Positions 9,825-19,378 of a stretch of 64,000 nucleotides of DNA are shown here, in pieces (the first letter of the stretch is position 1; each line of letters opens with the position of its first letter). The DNA comes from a virus (lineage: Duplodnaviria > Heunggongvirae > Uroviricota > Caudoviricetes): positions 64,779 to 128,778 of the IMG/VR virus record IMGVR_UViG_3300017565_000017; one strand, given 5' to 3'. The position numbers were made by a program, and so were the translations under genes. The notes under the pieces are model-generated. The model did not search any database and had not been told where the DNA came from. It saw only the letters and a list, made by a program, of their open reading frames with translations.

Positions 9825-11261
9825 TTACGTTGGTTTGACCGGAACTACTATCGGTGTACCATTCAGATCCGCGTACTCGTTGTCCGGCTGAGTGTATCTA
9901 GCAGACGCTGGGGGTGTCTGGGTTGGATCGTCCGCTGTCTGGTCTGGCGGCGGTGGGTTTGACGTGACAGGAGGTCCGGCTGATACCGGCTTGCTCTGAA
10001 CCTGGGTCTCTTCATTTGCAGCTTGCTGAATCATATTCAGGTCTGCGGCAAACATATTGTATATCTGCTGATATGTACGAGCGTTGCCGTTTCTGTCGTA
10101 GTAAACCCACTGGTTAGCCCCTGCTTCTGTAGGGAAGTCTGTGGCAGCGATACCATTCGGATTATTCCGTAGATTACGCAGCCAACGAGCACCGCCTGCA
10201 GGACCCATGAAGTGACCTAAATACAGATCGGTTGCAGACGGATTGCTCACAACCTTACTGATGGATGGCCAGATTTCATGTTTTATGTATGCCGCACCCA
10301 TGATAGCTGAAGCTAATGGGTCATCTCTGCTTGCATTCTTTGGAACACCGTATTGATCACCGTATTTCCGTAGTACTTCATTCCAAGTACTCGGTATGAA
10401 CTGAAACAGACCCGCAGCTCTGGAGGTGCCTGGGCTGGCAACTTCACGGAAAGTAGATTCCTTATAGGCGATAGCGTTCAGGATACCTACGTTGACGCCT
10501 GTTCTTCTAGAGGCCTCATCGATAGCGGCCTTCACATTAGCACTGCGCTTTTCGGCCAGGATTTTCCGGCCTAGGCTCAAGCGTTCCGGAGTAACTTCTG
10601 CAGACGCTGGGGCGTTCATCGCTGTAGCTGTTGCAACCGCAGACCCTGGCCGTACCGGACTTCTTCCTAGAGCAGATTCCAATCCTAGATACTTTTGTTG
10701 CAATACCTCCCAATTAAGACTTCCATCAGTATTGAACAATGGGTCTTCCGTTGTTCCTCGCTGTGATATCTGTTCCCCTACTGTCTTGGGGTTATCTCGT
10801 TTGAAAAAGGTACGGTATAGAAAATAGGATAAGGCTGTACCTGAGATTACCCACCCGACGGGGGTCATTAGGAGTAAACGACTTACCCCAGTCATCAGAG
10901 GTATGGCTATACGCTCAACCATGAACCTACCTGCGGTGAAGATAGCTCTACGAGCCACTGCCGCCGCAAATACGCCCATGCGTGCCAGTATTACCCCAGC
11001 GTTACTAAGGAGTCCAGAGGCCAGAGTACTGACCCCCGCTAGTATCCCAAGGCGATTCGACGAATCCTCAGTTTCTGAGCTTCTAGCGATAGCCCTGGTT
11101 ATACCCCGCATGGGTAGAATGTGCTCATCCATACGGGCCTGGACCAAAGCGTGTATAGCCATGTCCATAACTTCTAGCGGGGTATCTCCGTCCTTGTCTT
11201 TTCTATTTGCGAGCACTGTTCCCAGTAACCCGTCTTCGGCTAGTACGTCGGACGGTCTCAT
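9825..11261 (-). CDS. Tail-associated lytic transglycosylase (SLT domain) with N-terminal hydrophobic segments
   Basis: AYKESTFREVASPGTSRAAGLFQFIPSTWNEV..GAAYIKH carries the E-S...GLMQ...Y signature of the SLT family. The N-terminal half has several TM-like helices. RBS GAGGTAAG before the ATG at 11261. Confidence 0.65.
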   Translation of the reverse strand: MRPSDVLAEDGLLGTVLANRKDKDGDTPLEVMDMAIHALVQARMDEHILPMRGITRAIARSSETEDSSNRLGILAGVSTLASGLLSNAGVILARMGVFAAAVARRAIFTAGRFMVERIAIPLMTGVSRLLLMTPVGWVISGTALSYFLYRTFFKRDNPKTVGEQISQRGTTEDPLFNTDGSLNWEVLQQKYLGLESALGRSPVRPGSAVATATAMNAPASAEVTPERLSLGRKILAEKRSANVKAAIDEASRRTGVNVGILNAIAYKESTFREVASPGTSRAAGLFQFIPSTWNEVLRKYGDQYGVPKNASRDDPLASAIMGAAYIKHEIWPSISKVVSNPSATDLYLGHFMGPAGGARWLRNLRNNPNGIAATDFPTEAGANQWVYYDRNGNARTYQQIYNMFAADLNMIQQAANEETQVQSKPVSAGPPVTSNPPPPDQTADDPTQTPPASARYTQPDNEYADLNGTPIVVPVKPT

Positions 11262-11269
11262 TTCTTACC

Positions 11270-13033
11270 TCACTTAAACAACATGCCAACGTTAGCCATC
11301 CCCATAGACCCGTCAATAGACGGACGATAGTGCAAGTTTGCAATGTTTGGAATAGCTCCGCCCACCGCCTGACCTGAACTGCCTCCGCCCGATACTGTCT
11401 TAGCAGCCGCGTTAGTCGGTCCACTAGTCACAGGTTCTGTGAACGTAGGCCGTACCACCGGATTAACCGTAGTAGACGCAGTCGCTAGGCGAGCATCGGA
11501 ACCAAACGATCCAGTCCCGAGTAAGTTAGACCGTGGTGTGACTGCCGGGATCGGATTTGTCGGTGGCGGATTTAACTCCTGAGCTAATGGAGGAGCACCT
11601 CCAGGCGGATAGATTGTGGACTTAGGACCATCTGGGAATTCTCCTCCGGGTGGGCCTATTTTACCCTTTCCACCAGATAAGCTTTCTTGATTCAACCGCT
11701 GTAAGTCATCAAGTTTCTTCTGGCGCTCATCAACAACCCGTTGCGCGGCATCCTTAGCCCCTGGGTGTGTTTCTGCTTCCTGCTGATAGCTCAGGGCCGC
11801 TTTGGCTTGAGCCAACTCTAGCTTCGCAGTTCTGATCTCTGGCGGATCATTATCCTTGACATCAGCTATCTCATCCGCTTTTTTCTGGGCATCCTTGAAC
11901 TGATTGGCAATGTAGTTAGCAATGCCTTTTCCGACAGACTCAAGAACTTCCATAAAGTCCCGGCCAAACTGTCGTAGATTGTCTGAGCTGAAGAACTTTT
12001 CCAACTCTTGCCACACTCGACCACCCATGAGTTGGGACAACAGGAGTTTACCACCTAGGATTCCTAGCCCCGCCAAGAGTCCAACTCCTCCAGCTTGCTT
12101 GGCTCGTTTTCCGAAGGTGCCGTCTTTATTTAGACGGCGCGCATAGGCATCCGCGTCCCTATCCACCCGACGACGGCGGTCCGAGTCAGACTCTTTAAGA
12201 TCTGCAAGCTGGCGCTTGATTTGCTCTAGGGTATTGTCTTGGTTTCGAACCGCTTCCGTAATGATGGCTTCCACTTTGCGCATGGTATCCATGGCCTCTG
12301 TGGTTTCCTGATCATGGACTTGGTTTGTTGCCAACTGACCATTAAGGATCTCTTTCGGAGTGCGACCTACACGTGGGTGGGCTCGTTGTTCCGATTCCCC
12401 TGACACGTATCGGCGGATTGCTCGCAGCGCACCAACCTCAGCACGCTTCTCTACCCGATCATCTAAGGCATATAGCTGATCCTTGATGCCGTCTATGTTC
12501 TGTTGGACTTCTTCCAGCTTTTCCTCAAAGTATCTGCGTTTTGCCGCTTCTACTCTGGGGTCTGTAAGATATTCAACTACATCGTCAAGGGTGAATTGCT
12601 GCCTAGGCCCTATCTGTTCATTTAGTTTGCGAGAGAATTCAGTTTGATTCTTTTGACTCTCCTCGCGGAGTGCCTTGATAATACTCTCTTCAACAATTAC
12701 GACAAGTTCGGGACCCTGGTTAGACCAAGCTTTATCTAAGGCTTGGTCCATAAGTTGCCGAGTTTCTTCCTCAGATAATGGCTCGCGACCCTCAGTCTGG
12801 CGACCACGTTTAGCTTCTTGCAGTTGCTTATTGACCGAGTCTTCGATTGAACGAAGTACCCGTTTCATAATTTGCCCTGCAAGGGCGTCATACTTGGCAA
12901 CCAGACTCTCTAGTGCTTTAAAGTCCTGGGGCTTACCCTGACCCGACATTACTCGGGTCAGAGCAGCCTTTTCTTGGGCCTTAAGTGAGTCCCATTTCTT
13001 CTGCTCATACTGTGTTCGAAAGGTTCCAGCCAT
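11270..13033 (-). CDS. Tape measure protein (coiled-coil)
   Basis: 587 aa, long charged coiled-coil stretches and a Gly-rich hydrophobic segment GGVGLLAGLGILGGKLLL. Sits upstream of the lysin/baseplate genes. Confidence 0.55.
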   Translation of the reverse strand: MAGTFRTQYEQKKWDSLKAQEKAALTRVMSGQGKPQDFKALESLVAKYDALAGQIMKRVLRSIEDSVNKQLQEAKRGRQTEGREPLSEEETRQLMDQALDKAWSNQGPELVVIVEESIIKALREESQKNQTEFSRKLNEQIGPRQQFTLDDVVEYLTDPRVEAAKRRYFEEKLEEVQQNIDGIKDQLYALDDRVEKRAEVGALRAIRRYVSGESEQRAHPRVGRTPKEILNGQLATNQVHDQETTEAMDTMRKVEAIITEAVRNQDNTLEQIKRQLADLKESDSDRRRRVDRDADAYARRLNKDGTFGKRAKQAGGVGLLAGLGILGGKLLLSQLMGGRVWQELEKFFSSDNLRQFGRDFMEVLESVGKGIANYIANQFKDAQKKADEIADVKDNDPPEIRTAKLELAQAKAALSYQQEAETHPGAKDAAQRVVDERQKKLDDLQRLNQESLSGGKGKIGPPGGEFPDGPKSTIYPPGGAPPLAQELNPPPTNPIPAVTPRSNLLGTGSFGSDARLATASTTVNPVVRPTFTEPVTSGPTNAAAKTVSGGGSSGQAVGGAIPNIANLHYRPSIDGSMGMANVGMLFK

Positions 13034-13069
13034 GATAAAAACCTATTCTATGAATAAAACACTGGAGGT

Positions 13070-13267
13070 TTAGCCGTGCCAAACCTTACCAGACTCAATA
13101 GCTTTTCGGCGAGCTTCTCGCTGCTGGTGCGCAACTTCCGACAGGTGCATGAGTTGCAATACAGGTATATCATCCGGCAAGAAGGTTTTGAATTCAGCTA
13201 GAACCAAAGCCTTCCGATCCATGATTTGATCGAGTGTATTAAGCGGGAAGAAAGGTAGATGCGTCAA
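13070..13267 (-). CDS. Small ORF overlapping the end of the upstream gene
   Basis: 65 aa. Overlaps the 3' end of the 420-aa ORF by 29 nt in another frame. Confidence 0.25.
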   Translation of the reverse strand: MTHLPFFPLNTLDQIMDRKALVLAEFKTFLPDDIPVLQLMHLSEVAHQQREARRKAIESGKVWHG

Positions 13268-14501
13268 TGCGCACTCGGGTCCTCCTTTGCTCTTGGCATT
13301 CTTTGCAGCGGACTACAATGGTTTCTTCAATGCCGAAATCTGCCAACACATCTTCGTATTCCTGGATAGCCGCGATCTGGTCAGGTCCTAGAGTAGCTGC
13401 CAAACGAATACGGTCCTCCAGAGTCTCGCCTACCAGATAGCATGCAAGCTGTGACAGATAGTCAAACTCATGGTCTTTCCCGAACAATTCGTGCTCGGCA
13501 GTTTCCACCATGTCTTGCATCGTCGCGGGACGTACTTCAATATCGCCCATGACCGCAGCATCGATTACAGGTAGAGTCTCGAGCTTGGTTTCTTTGAGCG
13601 AAGATTTGGAGATAACTTGCTGAATGGTCAGGCTGTCTTCCGGAAGTTGTTTGTCTTCCACTTTCTTGATGTGAACCGGATTCACACAGCGAGTCGTATG
13701 GACAAACGTCGATTTCGTGTAATTGTTCTGGCGCAGGTAGTACAGAAGCCAGTAGTAGTCGTTCAGGACAAGCAACGGAGCCAGAGCAATGCCCTCGAAG
13801 TTGGGATCCGAAGTGCGCAATACCGACGATACCACTTCCAGCATAATAGTCTGTGAGCGTTCTGCATGAGCCCGAGCAAGCTTGGCTAAGTGATAGCCTT
13901 TCAGCGGATACACGAACAGGTCTTTGAACGGATAGAACGCAAACTGGGACGGCAGGTCTACCGAAACGCCTTCAGCTTCAGACACGAAGTTGTAGGAAAC
14001 GGGCGGCAGAGCCTGATACCGGATGTGTGCGTGCGCTTTGGGCGGTTCCACCGGCTCTTGATACTGATGCTGCGGATATGGGGCCACTGGAGAGGTCCTC
14101 TGATGCGAAGCCCCGATCGCGGGGGCTTCCGTTTGACGGGCCTGTGCCTGGAAGTACTCGGCAGGGGTCAGTGGGGTGCCATCCGGATGACGCCCGAACA
14201 TCGCACCCTGATCTTGTCCCGGAATACTCAAGGGCTTTTGATTTGGGCTGATGTTCACACTTTTCGGGCGCTCCGGGGGCCTCATGTACTGTTCCGGCTG
14301 CATGCCTTGGGATTCCTGGCTGTGTTGCGCGGCTGCATTGTAGCGAGCCGCCACACGACCATCTGGGATCTGCTGCCCTGTGTTGATATTCGTAGTCATA
14401 GGAACTCCGTTGACTACCGGCAGACCCTTCGGTTTGCGCGCAGCAGCGGCTCTTTCTAGATCCGCCTTCGTGAAGGGGCGGAAAGACTGTTCACTACTCA
14501 T
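13239..14501 (-). CDS. Virion-associated protein of unknown function
   Basis: 420 aa. The N-terminal half is Pro/Gln-rich and disordered. A C-terminal globular domain contains CKECQE. Confidence 0.35.
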   Translation of the reverse strand: MSSEQSFRPFTKADLERAAAARKPKGLPVVNGVPMTTNINTGQQIPDGRVAARYNAAAQHSQESQGMQPEQYMRPPERPKSVNISPNQKPLSIPGQDQGAMFGRHPDGTPLTPAEYFQAQARQTEAPAIGASHQRTSPVAPYPQHQYQEPVEPPKAHAHIRYQALPPVSYNFVSEAEGVSVDLPSQFAFYPFKDLFVYPLKGYHLAKLARAHAERSQTIMLEVVSSVLRTSDPNFEGIALAPLLVLNDYYWLLYYLRQNNYTKSTFVHTTRCVNPVHIKKVEDKQLPEDSLTIQQVISKSSLKETKLETLPVIDAAVMGDIEVRPATMQDMVETAEHELFGKDHEFDYLSQLACYLVGETLEDRIRLAATLGPDQIAAIQEYEDVLADFGIEETIVVRCKECQEQRRTRVRIDASTFLPA

Positions 14502-14530
14502 TTGATGCTCCTAAGGAAAGGGTATTGTAT

Positions 14531-15763
14531 TTACAGGGGTCGCACGGTTGTTGAGTCTGTGGTGGAAATTTCCTCGCTCATTGTAATCGTGTCGTCTGCG
14601 ATCGGGAAGACTTCGACTGCGCTTCCTTCTTCTTTCTTGGCACTTAGATCCGGGAACACTCCAGTGATACTAGAATGCGAAACTGCTGGGTTCGGATCCA
14701 TGAACATATCGCCGACCGCAAATGTTACACGGGCCATGATACGGTCGCTAGAATTCGAGCCTAGGCTGAAGGTTTCTATACTTATAGGAATACACTCGCT
14801 CATGAGCAGTTGGATAACGATTTGCTTCTTGTTATCTATGACCATGATTTTGACATCCTTTTTATATTTATAGGCCGGATTAAACCTTCCCCCTTGCAGA
14901 GTTGCGTTTGTGCGAGCAAATGGGTCAATGATAGCTGCGTTCCACGCTTTCAAATAGTTCCAGGTCTTGGCACTATTATCGAGATACATGGTAAGAGTCA
15001 TATTGTCCACGCCATACTTACTCACGTACTGCTTCGTGCGCCCTTCTCTGTAGATAGACCGAGTCTGGTACGTACGGAACGGTATATGCGCTTCTTCCAC
15101 GTAGAACCACGGCAGTCCGACAGAACCATACACAGTTTCCGTAATCTGTGGAAGAATACAGTACCAGTTGAAATTCAATAGAGGGTCTGATCTAGACAGA
15201 GCTCCTGCCAATGAATTGCCTTCCGTGATCCCCGCGTTTGAGGAGAAGGAAGACATTGCATCGACTGACGGTGAAGACAGCGAGATTCCGCCACGTCCAA
15301 ACCCAATAGAATCCAGGAGGCGGTCCGCCAGAGGAATGCTCCGGATAGATTTATCGATGCCGTTTAGAATCTGACCCGGTGTTTGTAAGATAGTATCTAG
15401 AGCAGCTTGGGGATTTCCATGGATTAGGTCAGAAGCTGCTCCAAGGATTCCATCAATCCCGCCACGAACCACGGAGGATACCGCGCCGCGCCCAGCATTT
15501 ACTACAGTGTTGATTGCGTCTTGTTTAGCGCCTTTGATGGTATCCTTGACGCGATTGATTTCGCCTTTGATATCGCCTTTGATTCGTTCCTTGGTCTGTC
15601 CAAGGATTTCTGATAGACCGGCCACGATAAATCCTCCCGTGGTTAGGGATATGGTCACTGCATATGAATACGATTTATTTGGATCGCCTTTACCCAGAGT
15701 GGGTTCGGATCCGAGAGTTGCCCCCTGGGGCATGGACGTGGCGCACACACGAAATGGGCGCAC
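14531..15763 (-). CDS. Tail tube / tube-initiator-like structural protein; first gene of the minus-strand operon
   Basis: 410 aa. C-terminal segment NFNWYCILPQITETVYGSVGLPWFYVEEAHIPFRTYQ..YLKAWNAAIIDPF resembles T4 gp19/gp48/gp54-type tube proteins. GTG start at 15763, alternative ATG at 15733. Confidence 0.3.
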   Translation of the reverse strand: MRPFRVCATSMPQGATLGSEPTLGKGDPNKSYSYAVTISLTTGGFIVAGLSEILGQTKERIKGDIKGEINRVKDTIKGAKQDAINTVVNAGRGAVSSVVRGGIDGILGAASDLIHGNPQAALDTILQTPGQILNGIDKSIRSIPLADRLLDSIGFGRGGISLSSPSVDAMSSFSSNAGITEGNSLAGALSRSDPLLNFNWYCILPQITETVYGSVGLPWFYVEEAHIPFRTYQTRSIYREGRTKQYVSKYGVDNMTLTMYLDNSAKTWNYLKAWNAAIIDPFARTNATLQGGRFNPAYKYKKDVKIMVIDNKKQIVIQLLMSECIPISIETFSLGSNSSDRIMARVTFAVGDMFMDPNPAVSHSSITGVFPDLSAKKEEGSAVEVFPIADDTITMSEEISTTDSTTVRPL

Positions 15764-16023
15764 TCCGTTGACTAGAGGAATGTGCGTTCCTCAGGACTGG
15801 CCGGTCCGTTCATCAACGTCGTGCATAAAGCAAGGGGAACCTCTCGGTCCAGCTGTGGGACTCTGGGTAAGAAAAAAGAAAGGGTGACTCAAGCCCGCTA
15901 TCGCTAACGGATCGGCACCCTCTTAACTAGCCGCCATGCACCCTTCCCTTAGGAGCGTCCCGTCAATGACCGTAACTCCAAACATGGCGGCGTGGCGATA
16001 TACAAAACCTAAAATTGGGCGCT

Positions 16024-16029
16024 ATAATT
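16024..16029 (+). promoter_or_regulatory. Putative -10 element (TATAAT) in the divergent intergenic region, for the first plus-strand gene
   Basis: TATAAT at 16024-16029 with a weak -35. The downstream gene has a canonical AAGGAG SD. Confidence 0.3.
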
Positions 16030-16070
16030 AGCCCCATTAACCTAACCACATAAGCAAGGAGTGTAACTAA

Positions 16071-16685
16071 ATGGAAGCTGTTTACACCAAGAATGGCGCG
16101 CTGAAGTTCCGGAAGCTGAGCAAGGACTACAAGCTGGAGCTTCTGCGTATCATGTTTGATATTCTAGTCGAGGCAGACCCGGACCATATTGACTTGACCA
16201 GCATCTCTCAATGTGTGCTGGGGACCATCGTTCGAGATCATTATATCCAGACTATGCTCAACATAATCCCTCATCAGGGGGATATCTTCCGCGATTACTC
16301 CGATCCGAATACCCGAGATGCTGAGCACGAGTTTGTTGAAGAGTGGCTGCTCCTGGATAATGTCTTTCAGGAATCCGGCCTATCGTCCTTCCTGTTCGGC
16401 GACATGACCGAGGACGAGGACGCATGCGAGCTGGGCGATCGTCCGGCTAAGGTCGTTCCAGGTCACATCCAATATTTGGAATACACCCAGCAGCAGCTCG
16501 CAATCTTGCGAGTGTTGACCGTGGCCGACATGGTGAATCGTGATGTAAAGATCAAGCGCAACACTCCGTGGAAGACATTTCACAAAGCTTGGAATAAGAA
16601 CTTCGACAAGCTTGTTGCCCGCTCTGGGATCACCCCGCGACTGGTTGGTGAAGACCACGAAGATTGCGATGATTACGACGACTAA
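16071..16685 (+). CDS. Hypothetical early protein, acidic C-terminus
   Basis: 204 aa. SD AAGGAG 8 nt upstream. C-terminus EDHEDCDDYDD. Confidence 0.6.
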   Translation: MEAVYTKNGALKFRKLSKDYKLELLRIMFDILVEADPDHIDLTSISQCVLGTIVRDHYIQTMLNIIPHQGDIFRDYSDPNTRDAEHEFVEEWLLLDNVFQESGLSSFLFGDMTEDEDACELGDRPAKVVPGHIQYLEYTQQQLAILRVLTVADMVNRDVKIKRNTPWKTFHKAWNKNFDKLVARSGITPRLVGEDHEDCDDYDD

Positions 16686-16703
16686 GGGTCCTCAACCAAA
16701 ATA

Positions 16704-16722
16704 AGTGTAAAAAGTGTAAAAA
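16704..16722 (+). repeat. Tandem direct repeat GTGTAAAAA x2 upstream of a promoter
   Basis: aagtgtaaaaagtgtaaaaaac. Confidence 0.5.
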
Positions 16723-16751
16723 ACTTCTATACAGCGTGGCCGGTTTGCCCT

Positions 16752-16814
16752 TATAATTGTTTTACCGTTTGCAAGGGCAAGCGGCCCTAAACCCCTAACT
16801 GTATAGGCTACCCC
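16752..16814 (+). promoter_or_regulatory. Early promoter -10 plus conserved leader box (CCCTAACTGTATAGGCTACCCC)
   Basis: TATAAT at 16752-57. Box at 16786-16814, ATG at 16817. No SD. Confidence 0.5.
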
Positions 16815-16816
16815 AA

Positions 16817-17530
16817 ATGAATGCTCAAGACCGCGAAAAGCTCCTCTCCCGCATGAAGAAAATCATGGCCCTGGCTCAAAACGCCGGTGCTACGGAAGGG
16901 GAGCGCGAAGCTGCGCTGCATCAGCTCCACAAGCTGATGGCGAAACACAACATTGACCAAGCCACGGTCGAGGGTGTTGACCTTACCAAGAAGGTTGACA
17001 ACATCGAAGGGCACGTCCTGGAAGAACACGAGTTCTACGGTCGTCCGTGGGCCAAGACCATCATCATGGGCGTTTCCAAGATGATGTTCTGCCGCTACTT
17101 CGTGAAGGAATCGGCCAAGAAAAACATGGCGATTCACTGCTTCGTCGGCACTGCCGAAAACGTGGCCGCTTGCGTCATGCTCGCGCAGTTCCTGGTTCAC
17201 GGCGTCAAGGCCGAGGGTGAGCGCGCTGCCAAGGCTCGCAACGAAAATGTCAGCGCCTACCGTCGCGCTTTCGGTACGGGTGCTTCCGGCGCTCTGTACG
17301 ACCGCTGCATCGCTGAAATGCGCAAGCCCCCTGAAGGTGGTAGCACGGCCCTCGTGCTGACCGACGTGTACGCCAACGCGGAGCGCCTCAACGCTCTGGC
17401 TCTCCAGCAGAAGTTCGGTATCAGCCTGCGTACTACCGCCAGCCGTGCCAAGCGCTCGGGTGTCGGCGACGCTCTCGGTGCGGGCCGTGCTCACGGCAAC
17501 GCCATGAACCTCGGCCGCAACCTCGGCTAA
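16817..17530 (+). CDS. DUF2786-family protein
   Basis: N-terminus KKIMALAQNAGATEGEREAALHQLHKLMAKHNI matches the DUF2786 signature. GC3-rich codon usage. Confidence 0.6.
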   Translation: MNAQDREKLLSRMKKIMALAQNAGATEGEREAALHQLHKLMAKHNIDQATVEGVDLTKKVDNIEGHVLEEHEFYGRPWAKTIIMGVSKMMFCRYFVKESAKKNMAIHCFVGTAENVAACVMLAQFLVHGVKAEGERAAKARNENVSAYRRAFGTGASGALYDRCIAEMRKPPEGGSTALVLTDVYANAERLNALALQQKFGISLRTTASRAKRSGVGDALGAGRAHGNAMNLGRNLG

Positions 17531-17575
17531 CCCTTACCCCTAACGAGGCGGGGCGGCACGTCCGCCCCTATTCCC

Positions 17576-17914
17576 ATGAAAATCACACTGCGCGGTATCT
17601 GCGTCGGGATCCTGATTGGACTGATTGCAGTTCGGGTTTATAACGACCAAATCGACTACGAGATCTTTGGATTCTCTATTGTCCTTCTGTCGTTTCTAGC
17701 TGACGGCTGGAGCGCACTGCGTCCGGGTACGCGGGAGTTCTTTGCCGAGCTTCTGTTCCGTTTCGTGCTCACGTTCATCATCAGCGCGTTCATCATGTGG
17801 GTTTCCTCCTTCGTGTTTGACCTGCACTGGAAGCAGATTCTTGCGACAGCGGGTTTGGCGGGCGTTATTGGCACGTTTGGATCCATGTTCTGGGGGTTTG
17901 TGCATCGTGGCTAA
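17576..17914 (+). CDS. Small membrane protein
   Basis: 112 aa, 3-4 predicted TM helices. Confidence 0.5.
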   Translation: MKITLRGICVGILIGLIAVRVYNDQIDYEIFGFSIVLLSFLADGWSALRPGTREFFAELLFRFVLTFIISAFIMWVSSFVFDLHWKQILATAGLAGVIGTFGSMFWGFVHRG

Positions 17915-18163
17915 AGATTCCGGTTCCAAAGTTACCCGAGCGTTCCACCTGTACGTAGGGCACTCTACCTCGGCCGTCGTGTGCCTGCTTCTGTGGGTTG
18001 CGGCTATGGTATGTTTCCCACAGATCCTGGCCCCTTGGATCCACCTTCTGTTCTTCCCCATGGGCTTCTTCATTGGATGCGCCGTTAATGCCCGGAACCT
18101 GTTTTTCCAGGAAGAGCACATCCAGCGCTATAGCCCTTCCGTAACTGATACGAAGTCCTCGTA

Positions 18164-18364
18164 ATGAAAGCCCCGATTTCTGTACTCTACGCCCTGCTCT
18201 TTGGCCTTAGCATCGGCTGGCTCAGCCCGCTGATCATGGTATGGGTCCACGCAGGAGTCCTCAATCCAGAGCTCACTCTCTTCGTCACCATGCTGGCCCT
18301 CTTTTCGGGCTACAAGTTGTTCCGTGAGCTATATTCTCCGCAAGAGGAGTCTGAGGATGCGTAG
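18164..18364 (+). CDS. Small membrane protein
   Basis: 66 aa, two hydrophobic helices. Confidence 0.45.
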   Translation: MKAPISVLYALLFGLSIGWLSPLIMVWVHAGVLNPELTLFVTMLALFSGYKLFRELYSPQEESEDA

Positions 18365-18998
18365 TGATCCGAAGCGGGTTCTCGTACTGCGCCCGGGTCA
18401 AGAAGTGCCGGAAGGCTTCGAGGATGCACAGGACATTGATGTTACGTCTCGTGCGAAGTCTCCGTTGAGCCCTTTCTTGATTGGCGGCACTCACGCTGCG
18501 GACAACTCCTCCAGCCGGGGCGGTGTCTGGTTCAACAACTTTGAGAATATGTGGCAATACTCGAAGGTGTACCGGACGCTCGGCCATGTCCAAGAAGACG
18601 GTATGCCTTCCGAGGATTGGCGCACCTGGATGGAGCTTGGCGCTGCCAAGACAGAGGCCGTGCGATATCCAGCCGGACGTGGTGCGAAGCCGGAGTACCT
18701 GTTCTGGCAGGGTCGCAAACTGAGCTATCTTACCGCACGCAAACTCGTGTACATTCCCAAGTATCTGGGGTGTATACGGGAGAACTCGGAAGCCTACGAT
18801 GCGCTTGGGGGTATGTACAAGATCCTGAAGAAAGAGGGCAAGCTCATTCTGCGAGATTTCGACTGCTACCCGGTTCAAGGTGCCTACGACTGGCAAGCGA
18901 TGCTGGACAATCCATACCGGAAGTTTGGTCACGGACTCGTGCTGGCCCAGATTCTTGAACACGGTTCTATGAACGCATACACGCGCATTATTGTTTAG
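18357..18998 (+). CDS. Hypothetical protein; weak NADAR/YbiA-like resemblance
   Basis: In-frame ATG at 18357 preceded by GAGGAG. SPFLIGG...GVWFNNFENMWQYSKVY loosely resembles the NADAR LSNFY...EHxFQxxKF core. Low confidence. Confidence 0.5.
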   Translation: MRSDPKRVLVLRPGQEVPEGFEDAQDIDVTSRAKSPLSPFLIGGTHAADNSSSRGGVWFNNFENMWQYSKVYRTLGHVQEDGMPSEDWRTWMELGAAKTEAVRYPAGRGAKPEYLFWQGRKLSYLTARKLVYIPKYLGCIRENSEAYDALGGMYKILKKEGKLILRDFDCYPVQGAYDWQAMLDNPYRKFGHGLVLAQILEHGSMNAYTRIIV

Positions 18999-19002
18999 GG
19001 GC

Positions 19003-19066
19003 TTGCACGGCCCCCGTTTTATATGTATAATGCTTGCACGTAAACCCTAACCGTATAGGCTACCCC
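19003..19066 (+). promoter_or_regulatory. sigma70-like promoter (TTGCAC-17-TATAAT) plus conserved leader box
   Basis: -35 at 19003-08, -10 at 19026-31, box aaaccctaaccgtataggctacccc at 19042-66, ATG at 19067. Confidence 0.6.
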
Positions 19067-19378
19067 ATGCAACATACTCTGGATTCCCTGCAAGCGGTTC
19101 TTGACCGTGGCGCTGACCCTCTGACCGAAGCGGCTATCAAGGACGCCATGGCAAAGCTCAAGTCGGTGAACCGCCTGTACGTCGACATGATGCTCAAGCA
19201 CGATGCGTTGCTGACCCAGGAAGCGCAGCGCTTGGACCAGCGGATCTATGCGGAGACGGACCCGCTCGGTGGTGTGCGGTTCTATGCCAACACGGCACAG
19301 GGTCGCATCACTTCGGTGTCGGCCCATATGGTCAAGGCCCAACTGGACCGCCAGTCCGAACTTCAAGGTCAAGCGTGA
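19067..19378 (+). CDS. Hypothetical small protein
   Basis: 103 aa from the ATG directly after the leader box. The track start at 19034 would include the promoter box. Confidence 0.55.
   Translation: MQHTLDSLQAVLDRGADPLTEAAIKDAMAKLKSVNRLYVDMMLKHDALLTQEAQRLDQRIYAETDPLGGVRFYANTAQGRITSVSAHMVKAQLDRQSELQGQA

Noticed and set aside
13070-14501. Programmed frameshift chaperone pair (gpG/gpGT-like) upstream of the tape measure
   Set aside because: The 420-aa protein is disordered and Pro/Gln-rich rather than chaperone-like, and no slippery heptamer was identified in the 29-nt overlap.
16808-17494. Long minus-strand ORFs antisense to GC3-rich plus-strand genes (for example 16808..17494, 20117..20812, 20924..21994, 23281..24027, 28596..29951, 31314..32417, 31592..31993, 43048..44481)
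   Set aside because: They mirror genuine GC3-rich plus-strand genes that carry motifs, SDs and promoters. Their translations are Arg/Gly/Val-rich nonsense typical of antisense frames in high-GC coding DNA.
19045-19066. Interpreting the TATAGG box as a bona fide T7-like phage RNAP promoter
   Set aside because: No single-subunit RNAP gene is present in this window. Every box is preceded by a good sigma70 promoter, so it may simply be a leader element. Kept as a finding but not called as a promoter class.
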